NCBI GenBank assembly: GCA_010015805.1
Contig: ML978121.1
Coordinates: forward strand, 2,046,001-2,110,000
Length of the DNA stretch: 64,000 nt
DNA from: Rhizodiscina lignyota
Taxonomy: Eukaryota
Direction: 5' to 3'
Made by a program: the position numbers and the translations under genes. Under the pieces are notes generated by a model, which ran no database searches, was not told where the DNA came from, and was given only the letters and a program-made list of their open reading frames with translations. Below, one piece after another: positions 38,337 through 50,754 of this stretch. Position 1 is the stretch's first letter. Every line of letters starts with the position of its first letter.

Positions 38337-38873
38337 ATGTCAAGCATGATCCGTTCGCATGTTGAACGGCTGGCGCGACAAACAACACTACGCTACCACG
38401 ATGAGATAAGAAGAGATGTCATCAAAATCCGCACAGAAAGTTTGATAGAAACGTTTCGAGAAGAATTCGCGTCCGGCAAATATCCAATCGCGATGTGGAC
38501 CGCGGCAGTGAAAATCATCGAGGATGATGTGCAGGTACTCCGAGCGTCCCGCAAATATATGAGAGTCAAGCGCTATATGGAAAAGACGTTTCCAGTATTC
38601 CAGAGTCCGGAATCACTGGCAAAGCTCAATTGTGCGGAATACAAGGTTCAATGGGCACTACACATTCGCGAAATCCGAGAACCGATGATGGTGTGTGATG
38701 ACTATGTGGAGAGCTTGGGCGTATCGGTCCTTCAGAGCTTGGGAAATACGCCGCTTCACGTTGCATCGGTACTTGGCCGTCTCATCGTCAAACGAGACCT
38801 TATGCTGAAGGATCCCTCGGAAGATCGGCCGTCCGATGACATACGGGCGAAGCTCACGGCAAGTCCTTGCTGA
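38337..38873 (+). CDS. Uncharacterised helical protein, novel family member P5
   Basis: 178-aa ORF divergent from P4, with motifs WTAAVKIIEDDVQVLRASRKY, QWALHIREIRE and VLGRLIVKRDLMLKD. Confidence 0.65.
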   Translation: MSSMIRSHVERLARQTTLRYHDEIRRDVIKIRTESLIETFREEFASGKYPIAMWTAAVKIIEDDVQVLRASRKYMRVKRYMEKTFPVFQSPESLAKLNCAEYKVQWALHIREIREPMMVCDDYVESLGVSVLQSLGNTPLHVASVLGRLIVKRDLMLKDPSEDRPSDDIRAKLTASPC

Positions 38874-39175
38874 GCAGGGAAAATCAGTGAAGACTCATTG
38901 GTCATAAGAGCTATTGTTACAAACTGGTATTTAGGAGGCACTACCACCTCCAGTCCGAAGTTATGCAGCCGATACAAATCCGCCTCGCCCGTTGCAAATG
39001 TTCGGCTGCAGAGAAGTTAGAAAGTTCACAAACTGCTGAGTAGTGCCACCTGCCATTTGCCATCAACACGTAATCCTTTTGCGCCACCAATGCTATAGTT
39101 ATACTTCGAATTGGGCGATCCCAATGCAGTTTTCGAAGCCCTGAACGCCTTAGCCAATCATGATTTTCTGTCTCT

Positions 39176-40749
39176 TCACTTGTACTTCTGGTGAATCTGC
39201 CGGATCTGCTCCTGGATGTTCAAGCCTTGCAACTCAGCCTTAGTCTCCGGCTGGCCATCGTAGTTGATGGCCGACTGCTGCCGCTTCTTCCGAGCCTCAT
39301 CTTCAGCAGTCAGGACTTGCTGGCCGGTGACAGGGTCGAAGACATCAGATCGTTGGGAGGCAAGACGCTTGAGGTTGTTCGCGACATCAGAAGTTGAGAG
39401 ATTAGTAGTCGCATGACGCGAATCGGCCTTTGCCTTCTGCTTCTTCCACTCAGGGTCGAGCAGTTCGACTGTATTACGTCAGAGTAGAGGACTAATAGCA
39501 ATATGGGGATCGAAAACTTACTTCTCATGTGGTTGTCCAGCTCATCATATGGAATCTGTTGATGACAGTTTGGACAGAGTGCCATGCCCACGTTTTGCTT
39601 CTTCGCCTGCGCTCTAGGCACATAGTCATTTCGAATGCGCATCTGTCCGGGGCCTTTCGCGGCAGCATGAGCTGCATGCGCACGATCTCTTCCCTCCATA
39701 CGCTCGCGGATTCGAGCCTCTTCTTCCTCATTCTGTGGCGGCATCTGGTAGCCCGCTTGCGGTGGCGGTGGCAAAAATGCCGGTGCAGCGGTTGGAGGAG
39801 GTTGAGGAGAATACGCAGGCTGAATGGGGACAGGCATATAAGGCAGATTGTTAGCGGGAACGGGTGCGTACATTTCGTCGGACGGCATTGCTTCTTCGAT
39901 GCGCATGCTGGACGGGGCCAGGGAGTTCGCGGCTCTCTGCTCCAGTGAAGCTGACTGCAGATCGTTCAGGGACGTCGGCGGAGGAAGGTCGGTTTGTTCG
40001 TCTGCCTCATTAAAGAGGACAGTTTCCACCAACGAAAAGTCGTGCCAGTCGATCTCTGCGTATGCTACCCTCTCCGCCTCCTCCTTCTCGTCCTTCTCAT
40101 GTCTCTGTTGCGCCTGATGCTCCACCCAGGCTGCTCGCTGCTCTGCGTCCCGGTACAGGCGCATTGGATTGTCGATGTTTTCCTGCAACATCTTCATGCG
40201 AGCCTCCTTCTTCTTCTTGTCGAGCAGCTCTGTGTACTGGTCCACGAGTCGGCTGAAGAATTGGTGCAGACTATGCTGGGGGCGAAGGAAGTCGAATTGG
40301 AAGTTGTTCGCCTCTCTCTGATGCAACGCGCTAATGTAGTTCTTGCCATTGCCCGCCACAAGGCGCGCAGTCAAGTGCACAACAGCCAGATCCTTCGTGT
40401 TGATGATGGGCATACGCGCAGAAAACCTAAACTCTGGCGGTTCCGGAGGACCTTGCGGTTTCGCGGGTGCCTGGGGCGATCCTGCAACTCGGCCTGCCGA
40501 AACATCTGTGCCGCGGCCTTCGCGTATCTCTTTCAATCGCCATATGTAGTAGGCGTGGTAAGGATCCTGGGTCTTGAGGAAGCCGAATTTTGGGTCGCCG
40601 GCATTTCTGGTGATAAGGCGTTGTTCGAAGACAGGGTTGCGCGCGACATAGCCAGCAGTCTTCTCGAGGACATCTTGAACCTTGATCGGCGGAATAATGA
40701 CGCCGTCTGGCGGCTTCGAAGTGATCTCGTCAAGCGTTGGCTCGGCCAT
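39176..40749 (-). CDS. PRP21: Splicing factor 3a subunit 1 / Prp21 (2 exons)
   Basis: Two SURP modules (EKTAGYVARN...DPYHAYY; HLTARLVAGNG...QFDFLRPQHSLHQFF), IDWHDFSLVETV, CPNCHQQIP...HMR, and an intron at about 39469-39521. Confidence 0.93.
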
Positions 40750-40994
40750 GATGAGAATGGTGTTTCTCAGCGTGTCCGCAGCGTGGGGAGAGAGAGATGA
40801 GAAAAACAGAGCGCGAAGCCAAGGTTAAGGTTAATTGTGGTGTTCATGTTGCGTATTGGCCTTAGTCAGCGGTGCACGGATAGTAGCGTGTACGCAATTT
40901 GCCGAGGAGCTGCCGGAAGCTCTTTAACATCACTATCACCCCATCAGATGTCTCGCACGAACATCCCCAATTGACTCCCACCAACTGTCTCACG

Positions 40995-41613
40995 ATGTCG
41001 GCAATCATCAGACGTACCGCCTTTCGACCAGCTTTCAGAACCGTGCGCCCTGTGCGCTATGCTTCGGGGGCCAATCCGGGAGTGACTGGAGCTGAGCGGG
41101 AGGAGGGCAAGTCCGCAGTTAGGACTGGTGCAAAGAGAGACCCCGAGCTCTATGTATGATGCTATTCGAAGCTCTGAAAGATTACTGTACTGATTGCTGC
41201 CTCAATAGATCCTTTTCACCATCATGTGCGGCGTCTTCGGTCTCGCAGGATGGCATTTCTGTAGGCTCTCTCTTTAGTGGACATTGCAGATCACTGGACT
41301 CCTTCATCGTTTTGCCCTTAATTGATCACTTTCCTATCATCCCGTCTATCAAAGGCAAAGAATGGAACGCTACTGACTCGTAAAAGCTCGCAACCCAACA
41401 ACCGCATCTTCCGAAGCAAATACAAACCGTGTGCCAGGCTCCGAGCCATGGAAGTCTGGGGGCGAGGGCAAATATCAGTACCATCCTGGTGGTGATACCA
41501 GCCACAAGAAGGATGCACCTAGCGCCCTGAATGTCGTTATTGTTCCTAATGTCAACCTACCGAAGGAACTCCACGAGAAGTACAACAAATGGGGAAAGGA
41601 GGGGTATCCGTAG
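40995..41613 (+). CDS. Small mitochondrial inner-membrane protein (NDUFA4/MLRQ-related fungal family, 3 exons)
   Basis: Arg-rich presequence MSAIIRRTAFRPAFRTVRPVRYAS, GAKRDPELY|ILFTIMCGVFGLAGWHF TM segment, and conserved tail KYQYHPGGD...APSALNVVIVPNVNLPKELHEKYNKWGK. Confidence 0.8.
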
Positions 41614-42396
41614 ATGTACCCAATAGTTCTTGGCGGTAGTTTTGGGAGAAGCAATGTGGCAGTGGAAACGTGGCTCACGGTTAGGAGATTGAAGCATGCA
41701 GTAGACAAGTTTGCGGTCGTTGTGTATATCTGTCCGCACAGGAGCATCTCTTGTACAACATGGCTTAACGGTCAGATTTCCTTTGTCTTTCTGAAAACCA
41801 AGACATTGGTTCTCAATTGGACCTTCATTCCTATTGACACTCTTCCCTCGTGCTTCCGAGACAAGTCTCCCTTCAATCATGCACTTACTGCACGATGTGG
41901 TAAAGCCCTTGATTATGTCCCAGCTATGGACATTCCAATACTAGCAATAGCAGACGAGCATGTAAACAAGGGCATTGCATAAGGTAAGAAATGCCAGAGT
42001 GGTGAATGCGTGGGCTGTAGACCGAATCTTCCCAGAAGATGAACAGCAACCCCAAAACAGCCAGCAGTGCGGAACTTTGAGCACCAGTGTCAAAACCAAT
42101 GGCTGGTGCAACATGAAAATATCAAGGAACCCATGTGGCTCGGCATATCAAGAGGAGATATAATTGTAGAGAGGATATTTCGAATATATGATACATCTGT
42201 GCGTGTCGCGGTGACTGTAACGCCGTGCAATGCATATATACATTAGAGAAATCAGTCTCATTTCTCACAAAGAAGCCCGTACTCGGCTCTGCATGTTGCG
42301 GATCATTAGATCTCGTCTCGGACTTCTAGATTCAAGCTGGCCAGAATCACCTCCAGAGCCACACGCTCTCTCACACGCCCTCTATAATTCATCGGC

Positions 42397-43094
42397 TTAA
42401 TCCCATCTGCACCAAGTTAGCTCTAGTTCAATAGTGGAATGAAATTAGGCGGGCTTACCCTTGATCTTTCTGCCTCACAATATCCCCTTCCTCCCCCGTC
42501 TGCTTGCCGGTCTTGCCACCCTCCACCACTAGTCTCTCCAGCTGGAAGAACTGACTTATCACCGTTTGTCTCTGTCCCCTATTGTCAGCCAACTTCCCAT
42601 CCTCCGGGGGTCGATCTGTCTCTATTCCTCTCGGCGTATTTGGACGAACTTTTAAGACCTGCAGCTCTTTCAAGCCTTTCTGCAGCAACTCCTGCACCGC
42701 TCTGTCATCGCTCTCATTGTGGTGTTCCCGAAATGCGTCTCTCGTGCGCCGGCGTGCGTATTCGCGGAAGTTGTACGCGGCGAACTGGTTCGCTTGTCTG
42801 AGGAGGGAGCGGTACTGTATCGAGCAAGAAGGCGATTAGCTCCTGTCTGGCTCTTGAATGGAAGCGCGATTATAATATTCGGGATCGCAAGGCATGAGAT
42901 GAAGGGCATCTTGGCTATGAATGGGAAGAAAATATAGCTTGAAGATATCCGACAACGCAATCCTCCATCTCGACCACTTGTCTCGACAATTCTCGTTCAA
43001 ACTTGCGGCAAGATAGAATGGGGAGTATGAAATGCGAACCCACCAACGACCGCGCTTGGAAGGACGCGTCGCCCTTTGATAACGATAATGCCAT
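42397..43094 (-). CDS. ISD11: LYR-motif protein Isd11/LYRM4 (Fe-S cluster assembly, Nfs1 partner; 4 exons)
   Basis: Spliced translation [48 protein letters not shown]...[36 protein letters not shown]...KDQG|WD*. Confidence 0.9.
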
Positions 43095-43639
43095 CTTGAA
43101 GACCGGATAAAATCAACGTCACAACAACATGGCCGCGCTGTGGAATTCCACTGCCTTTTCAATCAGAATTGATAGATGCGGCAAACCTCCGGTCTTGGCG
43201 TTGTTTTCGTCATATCGGCGTTAAGATCCGATCGAACGCCGACGACCATCGTTCCGCCGCCCACTTAACGAATCACATTGCAGATGCCTTTCTTCTCTGG
43301 GATCTCTTTACATTTATTAGAAGGTTTGGCAATACCAGACTTTTACGCAGACTGTGCTATTCAACCTCGACCTGATGCATTAAGTAAGTAAAGAAAAAAG
43401 GCTACGCTACGACGAAGCCCACCCTTCTCCGCGCATGCTTCCACGCTCGCTGCAACGCTGAACGCTCTGATCCTAAGATGAAAATAGGAGAGAATCAAGT
43501 CTTCGTCTCATGCTGCCTCCCAAGAGTACTCCTACAAGTCTCCCTCAACCCCAAGCGTACTATTGGAAACAGGAGAAAAAAATGATACAGTTGCGAAAAT
43601 GTCGTACAAGAATTGAAAAGCCGCGACACAATACCAACT

Positions 43640-45712
43640 CTACCGTTGCTCTCTGCGACTCCCTCCAATATCCTGCATCTCAACGCCATTCCCATTCGTC
43701 CCATTCGCCCTATTCGCGGTGGCCAAGCTCCTCCCACCCTGAAACTCCCTCCGCAACGGCGCGGTCCTGTGCCCTTTCCTGTCCCCAAATCGCTGATCCC
43801 CCTCGATGTACTGTTGCTTGAAGTGCAGATACGTCGGCGGCCGCGGCCTCGCCAGCACGGCGACCCAATTCTTAATCCACGCGCCCCGGGTAAACGGCCT
43901 GTGCCGATCCTTCTTCATAAACTTGTGGCTATTCAGGTACTCCCTCGTCGTCTCGCCCCGCGCCATGAGGAACAGATGGTACCCCCACAGACTCAGCGGA
44001 TACGGCGTGACCAGCACCGCGTAAATGACCATCGCGAACGGGACCCTCCACCGACCGATCGCATCCCCAAAGCCCTTGTGCTCCCGCTCTTTCCAGATCA
44101 GCAGGTGCGCTAAGCTCGCGGCGAACAGGTACAAGCCCAGCAGCGCACCGGAAGTGACGAACGCGAAGAAGTAGCGGTAGTTGCGCCGGCCGACGCAGTT
44201 GTTCAGCCACACGCAGTGGTGGTCCTGCGTCTCGACGCAGTTGTCGCACACGCGGCAGTGGTGCGCGCGCGGGGGCCGCCAGATGTTGCAGGACTTGCAG
44301 TACTTGGTTGGGACTTCCATTGCTGCGGAGGCGGAGATCGCGGAGACTACCATGGTCCATTCGGTGGTTGGGGGGCCGAGGGTTAGGGGGTCTTCGTTCG
44401 GTGCCGAGGGGGGGAAAGGGTGAAGGTTTCGGGGGAGGATCTGTGGATGTCAGTTGTTTGTCAGAGGGATGGGAAGGGAATAGCTTACGCCAGGGTCTGT
44501 GGCTGAGGCGTGCAGGAAGGAGGAGATGCATATTAGGAAAATGTACGCGAATATTATGGGTATCGCTGGGGAAACATTAAGCCATAACCATGGGGCACTG
44601 TGATCTCAAGTCAGTATCACCTGCTTAAGATGTATGGTTATGAATACGTACGAAAAACCAAAGAAAAGGCCCGCTGGGAGGAGCGCCAGTATACCCGTCG
44701 CTATGTTTATTGGACGATCCCGCGTATTCTGCAGTCTACCACCCCAGAAAAACACAGTATTGCCGGTGAAATACTCGTAATTCTTACCCAGCTCTCGTTT
44801 TATTTGCGTCTTCTGCGGTTCCGGTAATGCCATATGCGGCGAAGAGGCAGTGGAGGACAACTTTTCGTGCCCATGCTGATGTTGAAGTGAAGAATGGCCG
44901 GTTTTGCTCCGGCGGCTTGGTATTGCGAAACTGGATCGGAAGGAGCGTGGGGATTTGGTCGGTGTGGGTAGATGTGATGCTGAACCGTTCCTGTTGGCTT
45001 TCTCAATGTTGAGATGAGTGAGACCGGACGGTTTACGCAGCGGCGCAATGCTCTCACCCTGACTTCGAACTGTGTCGGCGTTGTCGGGCGACGGGTTTGT
45101 AGTTGCTCTGTCTTGCCCGTCGTGCTCGGTGACATCCGTGTCTCTCGAGACTGGCGGGTCCGAGTCGTGCTTTGCGGCCTGCTTTTGCGACTGGTCTTGA
45201 AATGGAGTCCCTCTACCGAGTATTGATGTCCTCTGACCTCTCTGCGCCTGTAGTCTCTGCGAGCTCATCGGCTTGAAAAAGGCATGCGACGTTATGGAGG
45301 GGACATGCGTCCTGCTCCCAGCCGTTGGGGGTCTGCTGGCCGCCGTGCTACCCACACTCCGCGCTCCATGGCTGATTCCGCTCCTGCCTTGGCCGGGTTG
45401 CGATTGTGACCAAGTGCCTCTCGAGACACCGGTCTGCGCGGTCGACGGCCTCGAAGGCGGAAGACCAGGCTCGCCAACCGGACCCGTCACACCTGGCACC
45501 GCGCCGCTTGCTCTTCTGCTGTTGTCCCCCCCCGTGACGTTGCCGGCGCGACCGGCGAGAGTCGAGGCGTCGTCTTCCGAGCCAAATTCTGTCATTGATA
45601 CTGTCTGAGCATGATATTTGGCCCTATTAGATTTGAGTTCGTGGGCGGCGGCAGCGTCTTCTTCTGTGGCGGGCGGGTTGGGAGGGAGTGATGTGCGAGA
45701 GTCGTCCGTCAT
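43640..45712 (-). CDS. ERF2: DHHC palmitoyltransferase Erf2 (3 exons)
   Basis: KNYEYFTGNTVFFWGGRLQN, DHHC-CRD KYCKSCNIWRPPRAHHCRVCDNCVETQDHHCVWLNNCVGRRNYRYFF, and the TTRE motif. Two short introns near 44440-44490 and 44598-44651. Confidence 0.92.
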
Positions 45713-46770
45713 GGCTGCGAGAAGTAGTCAGGGAGGTGCAGGGTCAGGCTTGCTCTGCGCATGAAGTCGGGCATTTCGGGACGGGCTATAGTGTGCGACA
45801 TGGTCGATATATGCGGACAGCCATGCTTGATTTGCAATCGCGACTGGTTTCTGAGGAGTGTAGGGGAGAGAGAGCGATGAGACGCAAAGTTTGTTTTGCG
45901 CAAGCGTCTCGTCTCGCTCGTGAGGCTTCACTCAGGGCTGGTTAGGACGTCCGATCTGCCCTCCGCGCCGCGCTGATTGGCCAGTGCCTGGCGGTATGCA
46001 CCAGCGCTGCAGTAGCGAGATTCGGCGCGTCGTGCCTCGCACTAGATCGCCAGAAGTTGGGTAGCAATGTGGCGATATATCTCTCTGCCCCTCCGCCGGC
46101 AGAATGCTCGCTGCAGGAGGGAGGAGAGATGCTTCTCCATCACGTCAACGGGCGTCGTGCTGGTGCATCGTCGAGTCGCGACGAGCCTTGCACGCGACGC
46201 TCAAGGACAGGCCTCTGAAACTGCACCAGAATGACGTCCTCGACAAAAAATTCCATATCCAAAAGGCAGCTCTACAGCCAATGTGGGAGTGTATAGAAAA
46301 TTTCCATAAATAAAGCGATTGCATCGTATAGAGTATTGCTTAGCCAGCGTCGCCCAACTGCGTTGCGTGGATCGACCTTGCATTTACTAGCGGCGCGGAG
46401 GAGCCCCTTACGACTTCTGGACACGACAGCCATATCCATATCCAGCCCAGCTGAACGCGCAATTCACCTTTAACTGCTGCACTCTGCCAACTCGACGTCT
46501 GCGCCGAACTGCTTCTCCTCCCACTGCTGTACTGCCCTTGCGCCGCCTTGTGCGCTCCTTCGTACTCTCCTTCATCCTCTTACCGTCGCTACTCCCTTGC
46601 ATCCGTTTGTTCGTTTGAAACTTTTCCAGAGCTTCACCCGAGCTTGGATTCTTCCTCAATCCTCCCGATCCACCTGTACCACCCACGACACATGCCGCTA
46701 GCGTAGTCTCCAGCGAAGTTCTACCCACCTTCTCCTTCCGCCGGTTTCCAACGCCCTTCAGCGTTTCAAC

Positions 46771-49700
46771 ATGGCGTCGCAAGTCTCCAACGACGAAAAG
46801 CGGGGAACGAAAACGCAAAGGCCAAATGGCAAAGTACAAGGGGGAAAGAAGAGCAAGACGGACTACACATCAGATGGAGTGGCGGATCATGATATTCTGA
46901 ACCTGCCGGGTTCGGATTGGCAGCTGCTGGGTGTCCTCACAGGTATTGCTAGCCTTGCGCGTTTGCATGGGAGATGGAGCGTTGACTAACATGCCACAGT
47001 GATTGCCGCTGTTGTACGGTTATTCAGGATATATCAACCCAGCAGCGTCGTCTTCGATGAAGTTCACTTTGGAGGTTTCGCAACCAAGGTTCGTGTTCTT
47101 CACCGCCATGCTGCGATTGAGTTCTGACATGTGAGATAGTACATCAAGGGCAAATTCTTCATGGATGTCCACCCGCCGCTAGCGAAGCTTCTGATAACAT
47201 TGGCTGGATATCTGGCTGGGTTCGATGGCGACTTTGATTTCAAGGACATTGGCAAGGACTATCTCGAGCCGGGCGTGCCATATGTCGCCATGCGCCTCCT
47301 TCCCGCAATTTGTGGCATCCTCAGCATACCTACAATGTTCCTTACTCTCAAGGCGTTTGGTTGCCGAACTGCTACTGCTGCATTCGGCTCCCTACTGGTA
47401 ATATTCGGTACGTTTGCATGCAAGAGGATAGCAGATCATCAGAAGCTTACACGAATTGCGCAGAGAATGGCTTGGTCACTCAATCTCGCTTGATCCTCCT
47501 CGATTCCCCTCTAATCATCTTCACCGCCATGACTGCGCTCTCCTGGACCTCCTTCACAAATCAGCATGAGCAGGGACCTAGCAAGGCGTTCACACCTTCC
47601 TGGTGGTTCTGGTTGGCCTCGACTGGTGTGTGTCTCGGCGCGACCGTTAGCGTAAAGTGGGTTGGATTGTTCACAATCGCATGGGTTGGCAGCTTGACCA
47701 TTCTGCAGCTCTGGGTGCTGCTTGGAGACACGGTCAATGTGACTGCCAGGCTGTGGTTCAAGCACTTCTTTGCTCGTCTCTTCTGCCTCGTGGTCATCCC
47801 GGTCACCTTCTACATGGCCATGTTTGCTATCCACTTCACCTGCCTTGTCAATCCTGGCGATGGCGATGGTTTCATGTCCTCGGAATTCCAGGCTACTCTC
47901 AACTCCAAGGGAATGGTGGACGTCCCAGCAAACGTCGCTTTCGGCAGCCGTATCAGCATGCGCCATCACAATACTCAGGGTGGATATTTGCACTCTCACA
48001 ACCACATGTATCCCACTGGAAGCAAGCAACAGCAAATTACTCTCTACCCGCATAAGGATGAGAACAATGTCTTCTTGCTCGAGAACCAGACCCAACCGAT
48101 TATTCATGGAACAGGCGTCAATGGCACTGATGTTAACGCAACTGTCATCGAAGGACCGCTCGCATGGGACGAGAGGGACCCAAGCTGGATCGAGGATGGT
48201 GCGGTTATTAAACTCTACCACTTGACTACTCACCGCCGCATTCACTCCCACGACGTCCGTCCGCCCGTTACCGAGGCTGATTGGCAGAATGAGGTTTCTG
48301 CATATGGCTACGAGGGTTTCGAGGGCGACGCGAACGACCTCTTCCGAGTTGAGATTGTCAAGTCCATGTCTGATGGAGCCGCTGCTAAGCAGCGCCTCCG
48401 AACGATTGAGACTAAATTCAAGCTTGTCCATTTGATGACTGGTTGCGTACTCTTCTCGCACAAAGTCAAGCTTCCAGACTGGGGCTACGAGCAACAGGAA
48501 GTCACCTGCGCTCGTGGCGGTACTCTTCCCAACAGCATTTGGTACATTGAGCAGAACGACCATCCCAAACTTGGCGCGGACGCCGAGAAAGTCAATTACC
48601 GAAACCCAGGTTTCTTTGGCAAGTTCTGGGAGCTTCAGAAGGTTATGTGGCGCACGAACGCTGGCCTCGTCGAATCTCATGCTTGGGACTCTCGCCCTCC
48701 ATCTTGGCCGGTTCTCCGCCGTGGCATCAACTTCTGGGGCAAGGACCACCGTCAGATCTACCTTATCGGCAACCCCATCATCTGGTGGTCCAGCACCATC
48801 TCCGTTGCTATCTATCTTATGTTCAAGGGCCTGGCGGTACTTAGATGGCAACGCAGCTGCAACGACTATGCAAATGTGAACTTCAAGCGCTTCGATTACG
48901 AAATCGGCACCACGGTTCTCGGCTGGGCATTCCATTACTTCCCATTCTACCTCATGCAGCGCCAGCTCTTCCTTGTAAGTCCTTCTCCTTCCCTCCAACA
49001 TAATTCTTCTCGCTAACGCTGTTATAGCACCACTACTTCCCCGCCCTCTACTTCGCCATTATCGCCCTCTGCCAAGTCTACGACTTCGCCGGCCACCGTG
49101 CACTCAGCGCGCTCAAGTCCCGCCCGTACATCGGTCAATCTGCCATGGCACTCTTCCTCGCTGTCTCCATCGTCGCCTTCACACTCTACTCCCCGCTCGC
49201 GTACGGCAACATGTGGACCCAGGGCGAGTGCAAGCGCGTCAAGCTCTTTGACACCTGGGACTGGGACTGCGGAACTTTCTATCCCACTTATGCTGACTAT
49301 GCCTTGAGCCCACCGATTGCTTCGAACGCAGATATTGTGCCGAGTAGTGATGCGCCGCCCGCGCCGGCGGGAGGCGAGCAGGGTCTAAAGGATGATCCGA
49401 AGGCGGGGGTTACGCCGAGGCAGGAGGGAGTTCCTGTGCCAGAAGGCGGGAATGTCGTCCATCGCGAGGAGAAGGTCGAGTATAGAGACGAGGAGGGCAA
49501 TCTGCTCAACCCAGAGCAGGTCAAGGAGCTCGAGGGCAAGGTGTCCTTCCGCACACGCTACGAGACGCGCACGCGCGTCGTCGACGCTGATGGTAACGAA
49601 CTCTACGAGGGCTCCCCTGACGGAGAAGACGAAGAAATGGGCGAGCAGGAGATCAGCGAGGAAGAGTTTGAAGAGCTGCAGAGGCAGGGATTGGTCGAGG

Positions 49701-49900
49701 AGGGACACAACATCGGCTGGGCGCCGCCGCATCCTGATGTCGAGGGCGCGAATTCCGAGACGGGCGATATACCTGAGGACAAGGCGAGCGCGAAGCCGCC
49801 GGTTGTGGAGGCGAGTTTGGAAGGCGAAGACAGGGAGGGCAAGAGGAAGAGTGCCAGGCCTGCGAGTGATGCGAAGGAAGCTACGAAGGGGGAGCTTTGA
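46771..49900 (+). CDS. PMT1: Dolichyl-phosphate-mannose-protein O-mannosyltransferase Pmt1 (5 exons)
   Basis: SVVFDEVHFGGFATK|YIKGKFFMDVHPPLAKL, MIR domains, and RQLFL|HHYFPALYF. The C-terminal extension EEKVEYRDEEGNLLNPEQVKELEGKVSFRTRYETRTR is typical of filamentous-fungal Pmt1. Confidence 0.92.
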
Positions 49901-50754
49901 GTGGGGTGAAGTGATTGCCTTTGACTCGACTCGATTCACGCTTGATTAGGCCGGCTTCTTCCTTTTATTTTCTTATGTAAGATACACGGATGGGCAGCAT
50001 CATGTTAGGGATCGTGGTAGGGGAGCATGTCTTCACTCCTTGTGCGGGAGAGCATTTCGATAAGACTCGGTAGGGTATGGTTGGTAAAAGCGAATATCAT
50101 GCCATTGTAATAGCGAATGCATTGCGTGTCTGCTCCATTGAATGCGATCTCTACGTTATAAGTTACAATTTAAGAGCTGCTCTCCGAGCTGCTCTCCGCA
50201 GGTTATATTTGAATTTGACAAAGAATTGAATACATATTTGGTGATCTGGTACGCAGAATGGAGTGAATGGTTGTCTGCTTTGCCAAGAATTTGTGGTCGG
50301 ATAATCTTGCCTTCCGGGCTATGCGGCTCTAAGCGCGCGTGTGCCGTGCAGCTTTGAGACCTCAGGCGCGTCCGTGATATCAACACCACGACACATTCAC
50401 AATCGTTCGCACAGCAACGCGAAAAGTTTATTTTCCGCTCATTTCCCTACAGCTCGGCTCAGGGCAAGTGCAGTACACGTGTCAGCGATCGGCGCTCACC
50501 GCCACGATGGCTCCAGTAAGTCACGCTCTCGTTTCCCAATGCAGCAATCACGATGGTCACGCAAGAGAGTCGCGCCTTCCCTCTACGCAATGTTTAGGTA
50601 GCAACACACCTCCTTTGCCGCCTGATTTTAAGTGTCGCACCATATTTTCTCCCTCTTTTGTTTTTCTTCCCCTCAACAACATCTGCCTGTCTCTCCATCC
50701 ACCATACACTCGCACATTGGATATTCTCGCAAAGAACTGGCACGCTATTCCACA

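Noticed and set aside
39994..40800. 268-aa plus-strand ORF
   Set aside because: Antisense shadow of PRP21.
45712..46771. Divergent ERF2/PMT1 pair as a functional module
   Set aside because: Head-to-head housekeeping genes are common in compact fungal genomes, and there is no further evidence of coupling.
47511..49001. 496-aa minus-strand ORF
   Set aside because: Antisense shadow of PMT1, explained by codon bias.
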